Both the position numbers and the translations under genes were made by a program. The notes below the pieces were generated by a model. It did no database searches, had not been told where the DNA came from, and saw nothing but the letters and a program-made list of their open reading frames with translations. A stretch of 64,000 nt of DNA from a virus, in the IMG/VR virus record IMGVR_UViG_3300006310_000773. One strand, written 5' to 3'. Every line of letters starts with the position of its first letter. Positions within the stretch are counted from its first letter, which is position 1. Positions 58,440-64,000 of the stretch are shown piece by piece.

Positions 58440-58836
58440 TCTTAATATTCCATGTTCTTTGAGATATTTCTTTTATTATAGATTCGAGATATGTTATTTT
58501 TTGATTTTGTAACTCCAATTTCAATCGTATATCTATAAATTCTTGTTCACCTTCGATCAATGCATTAACATCATCCTTTGTAAGTTTATGTCCTCTTTTA
58601 ACTGGAAAAACTTCATCATTATTCTCATCTATACTTATACCATTAAAATATGACCATTTTTTCTTTCTGAGAATATGTTTTTGAGATTCTATGTATTTAC
58701 TAGCTAATATTTCCTGATTTAAAATTTTGAAATATTTGTTATGTAACTGGGGGGATTTGAGGGATTCTCCTGATAAATCGGCAGAATCTATTTTACTGTC
58801 TGTTTCCCACAGACTTTCAATTTCTTCAATTTTCAT
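58399..58836 (-). CDS. uvsY: Recombination mediator UvsY
   Basis: WETDSKID, PQLHNKY, RTWNIKNAIEWHKF. Confidence 0.9.
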   Translation of the reverse strand: MKIEEIESLWETDSKIDSADLSGESLKSPQLHNKYFKILNQEILASKYIESQKHILRKKKWSYFNGISIDENNDEVFPVKRGHKLTKDDVNALIEGEQEFIDIRLKLELQNQKITYLESIIKEISQRTWNIKNAIEWHKFTNPEH

Positions 58837-58848
58837 AATATAATCCTA

Positions 58849-59385
58849 TTATTTTCGTATGTTTTCTATATCAAATGATCTATAAGAAAAAGTGGCATCA
58901 GCTTGAATATATTGAATATCTTCATTTGCTGTATCAAAATTTACAGCTGATAACATCATTGGAAAACAATCTTTAAAAGATACTCTAATTTTTGGAGTAG
59001 ATGCTCCTGTCAATACTATTAGAGTCGCGTCAGATGTAATTCCCGCGTTCGCCCCTGGTGCTGCTGGATCAGAATCTTTAAGTGCCTTATATTGATCAAA
59101 ACTGTCCGGAAATCCCAAACCTTGCATCCACTTAAATATTTCAGTAAAATTTAACATATCTTCATCAATAATAAATCTAACAATAAAATCCTGAAATTCT
59201 ACTCTATCTCCTGGATAAGGTATTCTTGTAAATGGGGTTTCTAGGGGAACTGACATAAGGGAAATTCCAGGAAGAGTAATTCCTTGGCAGAAATACTCAA
59301 CGTTGGGTAATTTGTTTAATAAAAACTTAAACCCAACTGGAGAAAGATAACTTAAATTTTCAGGTCTGCCTGCTATTGTTGCCAT
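58849..59385 (-). CDS. gp3: Tail tube terminator/completion protein
   Basis: YLSPVGFKF, VEYFCQ, FIIDEDMLNF, SDATLI; position after gp23. Confidence 0.85.
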   Translation of the reverse strand: MATIAGRPENLSYLSPVGFKFLLNKLPNVEYFCQGITLPGISLMSVPLETPFTRIPYPGDRVEFQDFIVRFIIDEDMLNFTEIFKWMQGLGFPDSFDQYKALKDSDPAAPGANAGITSDATLIVLTGASTPKIRVSFKDCFPMMLSAVNFDTANEDIQYIQADATFSYRSFDIENIRK

Positions 59386-59402
59386 AATAGTATTTAGGGC
59401 GT

Positions 59403-59441
59403 AAAAAAAGGGGAGACGTCAAAGACTAACTCCCCCTTTTT
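59403..59441 (-). terminator. Intrinsic terminator after gp23
   Basis: GGGGAG/CTCCCC stem followed by T7 run on minus strand. Confidence 0.85.
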
Positions 59442-59448
59442 GGTTAGA

Positions 59449-60786
59449 TTACATCAAGTTAGCAACTTTGACCAATCTGTAATACACATTTTGGTTAGTC
59501 GCACCGAGTGTACCGTCGATGTCAACTGCACCAGCTGCGGCGGATGTAGCGAAAGGATTAGCTACCATACCATAACGAGTTTTAAACCCGATACGTGGCT
59601 GGAAGTTATCTTCACCAATTGCTCTTACCATTTGCAGTGGAACATATGGACAATAGAAAAGTCCAGCATCATAAGGACTAGAACCTTTGTAACCAACAAT
59701 CATATAGTTGGTTGCTTGGTTAGCCGCAAATGGATCAATGTAAACTTTGAATCGACCATTGAGAACACCAGCAAAAGTATTACCAGTATCATCAACGTTA
59801 ATTCCAGTTTGCATCGCTGGAGTGTAGTCTAGAACACCTGCCATTTGAAGTGCCGAAGCAACATCAGATGCACAAATGATCATGTTCCCTTTTCCTCTAC
59901 GTGTGTCTTTTGCTATCGCATTAGCTTCACGTTCGATTTGGAACATCAGACCTTTAAATTTTTCAACTGACCATCTACCGTTAGAGTCAACGTCTAAGTC
60001 GAAAGTACCTGCGGTTGCAGTACCATATGCTGCACCAGGTTTCGCTGACGAGCCAATGGAACGAATGACTTCTCTATTAATTTCAGCCAAAATTTCAGCG
60101 GAAAGAATATTAGCCAATTCAGTTTCAGCGTCAAGACCATGAATTGCTTTCAAGTCTTGTGCCAATTCCATTGAGTATGCACCTTTCAGTGCTCTACTTA
60201 CTGCGGTTACGGTTACCTTCTCGATTGAGAAAGCCATTTCTGGAATAGCGTCACCATCAACTTGAGGATCATTTGCGCCTCTTGTCTCTGCATTAGCTGT
60301 TGACATACCGGTATATGCCATATATCCAGAATCTGCAGGATTATCACCGGTTTGCGTGTTCGCTGCGTTGGTATTCGCTGAACCAAATGAAGTATTAGCT
60401 TCATTAAAGAGAGCCTCATCGCCACCTTGTGTAGCATATCTTGCTCTCATCGCAAAAATAAGACCGGTAGGTCCTGTCATCGGTTGTACACCACAAACGT
60501 CATACGCAACTAGGTTAGGCATCGCACGTCTTACCAACGAAATAAGTACTGGATCGTAGATATCTACTGATCCATCTCCAGCTGTAGAGCTGGAAGCACC
60601 CATGACATTAGTAGGACCTGACTCCGCTAAGAGCCCCATACCACCACGCGATTCGCGCATCATACGTTCTTGGTTTTCTAAAATTACAGCGGTCACCTGT
60701 CTTTTATAAGGATCTTTAATCTCATCCAAATCAGGATGATTGATCACAGGTGCCCACTTTTTTTGAATTTCTTCAGCAATATACAT
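59449..60786 (-). CDS. gp23: Major capsid protein
   Basis: DPVLISLVRRAMPNL, GVQPMTGPTGLIFAMR, FYCPYVPL, FQPRIGFKTRYG. Confidence 0.99.
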   Translation of the reverse strand: MYIAEEIQKKWAPVINHPDLDEIKDPYKRQVTAVILENQERMMRESRGGMGLLAESGPTNVMGASSSTAGDGSVDIYDPVLISLVRRAMPNLVAYDVCGVQPMTGPTGLIFAMRARYATQGGDEALFNEANTSFGSANTNAANTQTGDNPADSGYMAYTGMSTANAETRGANDPQVDGDAIPEMAFSIEKVTVTAVSRALKGAYSMELAQDLKAIHGLDAETELANILSAEILAEINREVIRSIGSSAKPGAAYGTATAGTFDLDVDSNGRWSVEKFKGLMFQIEREANAIAKDTRRGKGNMIICASDVASALQMAGVLDYTPAMQTGINVDDTGNTFAGVLNGRFKVYIDPFAANQATNYMIVGYKGSSPYDAGLFYCPYVPLQMVRAIGEDNFQPRIGFKTRYGMVANPFATSAAAGAVDIDGTLGATNQNVYYRLVKVANLM

Positions 60787-60823
60787 TTATTCTCCTTTAA
60801 TGTATAAGTGGTTATAAGTTAAA

Positions 60824-62077
60824 TTACTTAGTTTTAGTGTCTAACATATTAAGATATGCTTGCATTTGAGCATCTCTTTTTTCCGCTTGAACACCTTCAA
60901 TTTCTTCACTCAGTTCCTCGGTCGATAAAGTTGTTTCAGTGACATCGTCTTCACTTTTAACTACTTCTTTTTGAGGAAAATATGATTCTTTTAGCATTGC
61001 TAATTTAGCTTTAAATTGGTCTTCATTTTCAAACTCTACACCTTCCGCTAAACTGGAAATTTTTTCTTTTTGTGTGTCTGCCAAATCTTCACAAACATCA
61101 CTCAAGATTCCTTCTTTTGTAGCTTCTGCGAGGTCTTTTTTCAAAGAAACGTTTTTATCAATTTCTTCGTTCAATTTACTTTCAAGTTCTTCGACCTTAT
61201 CAAACAGGTCATCCACAATGTCTACTTTCTCTTCTGGAACATCTATGTAATGTTCTTTAAAGAGATTTCTTAAACCTGTCATAAAATCGTCTGTTAATTC
61301 AGATTTAATCCCTCGCTCAACCGCAAGGTTATTGTCTTCCATCCATTCTGTAACGACATAGTTGAGATAGTTGTCTACCTTTTCAACCATTTCACCTTGG
61401 AATTTCTTTGTTGAATCTTCAATTTCGTTGAGATATTCTTCTTCGATTTTTTCAACTCTCTTATTTACTTCATCTACTACTTTAGCTTTTACAGCTGTTT
61501 CATAGATATCTTTAGCTTTCGCTTTAAATTCATCTGAAAGTTCTTCTTTACCAGACATTGCCTCAATATCCTCATTGGAATCGAGTTCAATATCATCTGC
61601 GGTAAGATCTTTTCGAGAATAAAGAATTTTTTCTTGTGCTTCAGCAACAACATCTTCTTCTGCCGCTTCTGCATCAGCAGTTGAATTTAATTCTTGAATA
61701 TCTAAATCTACTAAATCTTGAATTAATCCAAATTTTTCGGAAATTTCATCCTTATTCATACCCTTCAACATTTCATAAACTTGTGCAATCATACCATTTT
61801 TAGTATTTGATTTCACTTCCTTTTCTTCATGTGCGGGTTTTACTGAATTTCCTTGAGTTGGTTGCTTTTTTTCTGGATTTCTTTTATCCGCTTTTCTGGA
61901 TGGTGATTGAGACGTTCCTGCATCGGGTTTATTCGCTTTTCCCGTATTTGGATCATCGCCACCTAAATCTTGAACCCCTGCAGGAGCTTCGTCTAGCTCT
62001 TCTACGGGAGCTTCATTTTCAGCTTCAGCCTGTCCTTCTTCGAGAACTTCTGCTTCCGTTGTTTCTTCTTTTACCAT
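60824..62077 (-). CDS. gp22: Prohead core scaffold protein
   Basis: Acidic; VDNYLNYVVTEWMEDNNLAVERGIK, LKESYF. Confidence 0.93.
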   Translation of the reverse strand: MVKEETTEAEVLEEGQAEAENEAPVEELDEAPAGVQDLGGDDPNTGKANKPDAGTSQSPSRKADKRNPEKKQPTQGNSVKPAHEEKEVKSNTKNGMIAQVYEMLKGMNKDEISEKFGLIQDLVDLDIQELNSTADAEAAEEDVVAEAQEKILYSRKDLTADDIELDSNEDIEAMSGKEELSDEFKAKAKDIYETAVKAKVVDEVNKRVEKIEEEYLNEIEDSTKKFQGEMVEKVDNYLNYVVTEWMEDNNLAVERGIKSELTDDFMTGLRNLFKEHYIDVPEEKVDIVDDLFDKVEELESKLNEEIDKNVSLKKDLAEATKEGILSDVCEDLADTQKEKISSLAEGVEFENEDQFKAKLAMLKESYFPQKEVVKSEDDVTETTLSTEELSEEIEGVQAEKRDAQMQAYLNMLDTKTK

Positions 62078-62139
62078 TTTTATTGCTCCTAACTGAGTTT
62101 CAAATATTAATGGAATATATTTGTCTATAATTGTTTAAG

Positions 62140-62147
62140 TATTTATA
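62140..62147 (-). promoter_or_regulatory. T4-type late promoter TATAAATA upstream of gp22
   Basis: Exact consensus in intergenic gap. Confidence 0.7.
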
Positions 62148-62152
62148 ATACT

Positions 62153-62800
62153 TTATAACTTAGAAATAAAATCAGCAAACGCATTTAGCTTAGCTTCTTC
62201 TAAAGTAACGCTTGTAGCTGATAAAATACTCTGCTTATATTTATCTATTTCTGTTTCTTTAATTATGCCGTTATCCCAAACCCATTCTTTTCCTTCCATA
62301 ATTCCTTCAACGAAGGCATTGGGGGCAGAAGGGTCTGCGACAATATCACCTGCTGTTGACAGATAATAATCATTTCCTACAACGCTTCCATTCCGTGTAG
62401 GGGTCAAAGATCCCATTCCTCTAGAAGATACTCCAAGTGTAGCACCCGCTGAAATAAGTTCTCTGACAATTTTACCATTTGGTGTATTTAAAATTTTAGC
62501 TTCGCCAACAAAATCATTTTTTTCTTGATCCAACTTTGTGATCATATGAGAAACCCTATCTAAATTAACAGTAGGGCCGTCAGGATGACCTAATTCACCA
62601 AATGCTCTATTTTTATTAACATATTCTTTATTGTATCTCTTAACTTCACTTTCGAGAACAGAAAGAGGATATGTTCTTTTATTTCTATTCATCTGTTCTG
62701 CTTGCATAAAGATTCCACGAATTTTATAATTCGTTGTTCCATCTTTTCCTTCTTCAGCAACATACTCTAATGCTTCAGAAACTTCTGTAATTAATTTCAT
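62153..62800 (-). CDS. gp21: Prohead protease
   Basis: MKLITE, GELGHP, GVSSRGMGS, DIVADPSAP. Confidence 0.97.
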   Translation of the reverse strand: MKLITEVSEALEYVAEEGKDGTTNYKIRGIFMQAEQMNRNKRTYPLSVLESEVKRYNKEYVNKNRAFGELGHPDGPTVNLDRVSHMITKLDQEKNDFVGEAKILNTPNGKIVRELISAGATLGVSSRGMGSLTPTRNGSVVGNDYYLSTAGDIVADPSAPNAFVEGIMEGKEWVWDNGIIKETEIDKYKQSILSATSVTLEEAKLNAFADFISKL

Positions 62801-62812
62801 ATTTTTATCCCC

Positions 62813-63235
62813 TTATTTTTTCTTCCTTTTGGAAGCTCTCATAGATTTAATTCGATTCTTCCGTTTGGTTATAAGTTCTCTATACATTTTACCTCCTGCT
62901 CTTGTCCATGAAGTCATCTTAGCTTTTTGAGCTGGTGACTTTTTCAATCTCGCTACCATTCTCTCAATATTCGCCTTTTGACCAGGAGACTGTTTTTGTA
63001 ATTGTGAAGCTGATAAATCTTTTCTAACTCTTTGTTTTAAATAAGTAGTAAATTTTCTTCTAGCTTGTTTACGAAGAGCTTCCCTACCTCCTGTTGGAAT
63101 TGCTCTCATTTTATTTCTACGTAATCCCGCCATTCTTTTTGGTCTTGACCTGGCAAAATGTATTCTTTTTTTAAACCTTTGCGTCGGCGTCAATACTTCA
63201 TCTAATTCTTTTTTAAATTGTTTAAACGCCTTCAT
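62813..63235 (-). CDS. Basic prohead core protein (gp68-like position)
   Basis: MKAFKQFKKELDE; very basic; lies between portal and protease. Confidence 0.55.
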   Translation of the reverse strand: MKAFKQFKKELDEVLTPTQRFKKRIHFARSRPKRMAGLRRNKMRAIPTGGREALRKQARRKFTTYLKQRVRKDLSASQLQKQSPGQKANIERMVARLKKSPAQKAKMTSWTRAGGKMYRELITKRKNRIKSMRASKRKKK

Positions 63236-63238
63236 TCA

Positions 63239-63577
63239 TTATCCAATCTCAGAATTTGGTTCATTTAATGTTTCTTTTGGTTGTCCATCAAATGGATCAA
63301 CTACTTGTATATCACCTCCAGTTGCAGGATCTGATACTTCCATTTTCGAATTAGTTTCTGGTTCTTCTACAGAACTAGTTTCTTCCGGTTCTTGAACATC
63401 AGAAACCTCTTCTGTAGGAGCATCTTTAAAAAGATTTTGTGCAATTTCTGCTTTTCTTACTTCCAATTCGTCCATAGATTTTTGACTTAAAACACTCAAA
63501 GTACCTTCTTTTGCACGACTATTGTCGCCCGTCATAATTGCTGAAACTATATCAGCAGTTGAGTAAACATTATCCAT
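63239..63577 (-). CDS. Acidic prohead core protein (gp67-like position)
   Basis: DIVSAIMTGDN..RKAEIAQNLF; synteny. Confidence 0.5.
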   Translation of the reverse strand: MDNVYSTADIVSAIMTGDNSRAKEGTLSVLSQKSMDELEVRKAEIAQNLFKDAPTEEVSDVQEPEETSSVEEPETNSKMEVSDPATGGDIQVVDPFDGQPKETLNEPNSEIG

Positions 63578-63586
63578 ATTTTCCTT

Positions 63587-64000
63587 TTAGTATCCTCTGC
63601 CGCCACCAAAACCGCCGCCTTGGTCGTCGTCGTTATTGTTATATTTAGGATCGTTCTTTTCTTGAGCCATCTGTTGATCCAATTCTGCCATCTCTTCTTC
63701 ACTTTGTCTCAAAATGTGTCTTCTTACAAATTCTGCAGAGAAATATTTTCCTGCATAATCATCTAAATCTCTAAGAAGTGTAGCTCTATTGGTTAACATT
63801 TCAGCCTCTTTTAATTCAGAAAAATGAGAGTCAGATTCAAAACTATAATGAATCCTTTCTTTCATTTTAGCCCAATCCTCTTTGGCAACTATATTTTTCA
63901 TTCTTAGTTGCTTTTCAAGTAAAGCATCAAATAAAATAGTAAATTTCTTTCTTAATCTTTCTACAAACCTGGTAAACTTTAACTCGTCTCTAGTTATCTC
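63587..64000 (-). CDS. gp20: Portal vertex protein (C-terminal part; truncated by window)
   Basis: EITRDELKFTRFVERLRKKF, DSHFSELKEAE, GKYFS. Confidence 0.95.
   Translation of the reverse strand, partial: EITRDELKFTRFVERLRKKFTILFDALLEKQLRMKNIVAKEDWAKMKERIHYSFESDSHFSELKEAEMLTNRATLLRDLDDYAGKYFSAEFVRRHILRQSEEEMAELDQQMAQEKNDPKYNNNDDDQGGGFGGGRGY

Noticed and set aside
1-64000. Stop-codon reassignment or CRISPR array
   Set aside because: Core genes are full length under the standard code, and no repeat-spacer array was seen

Overview
A 64 kb, AT-rich segment of a large T4-like myovirus genome, probably aquatic and uncultured. No photosynthesis genes are present. Near-consensus sigma70 promoters and an IbpA-type Hsp20 with a ROSE-like leader suggest a proteobacterial host (inference). 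All credible genes but one lie on the minus strand. In transcription order (right to left): (1) head genes gp20/gp21/gp22/gp23, then gp3, uvsY, uvsW, gp55, gp47, gp46 and peptide deformylase; (2) tRNA-Ala(UGC) with an accessory island (Mom-like GNAT, DUF1415-like, ATE/Bpt-like aminoacyl-transferase domain, DUF6614-like, amidinotransferase); (3) a vWA/AAA pair; (4) a replication block (gp45, gp44, gp62, regA, dUTPase, Hsp20, M15 peptidase, gp43, uvsX, gp41) with candidate DNA-modification genes inserted; (5) a ~14 kb late cluster; (6) gp61 primase; (7) a ~12 kb glycosyltransferase/methyltransferase/nucleotide-sugar island containing thyX. The main novel signal is the late cluster. About eleven of its proteins begin with an MK(T/S)F-x-x-(Y/F/H/I)-(L/I)-x-E motif resembling the T4 internal-protein capsid-targeting sequence. 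Its cargo includes a CCA-adding enzyme fused to a 2H phosphoesterase, an RNA-ligase-like protein, a HIGH-family nucleotidyltransferase, two possible ADP-ribosyltransferases and a possible nuclease, which suggests a virion-packaged, injected tRNA-repair/anti-defence kit. Also notable are three Mom-like paralogues, one abutting a tRNA-Ala. All family calls come from motif recognition, not database searches.
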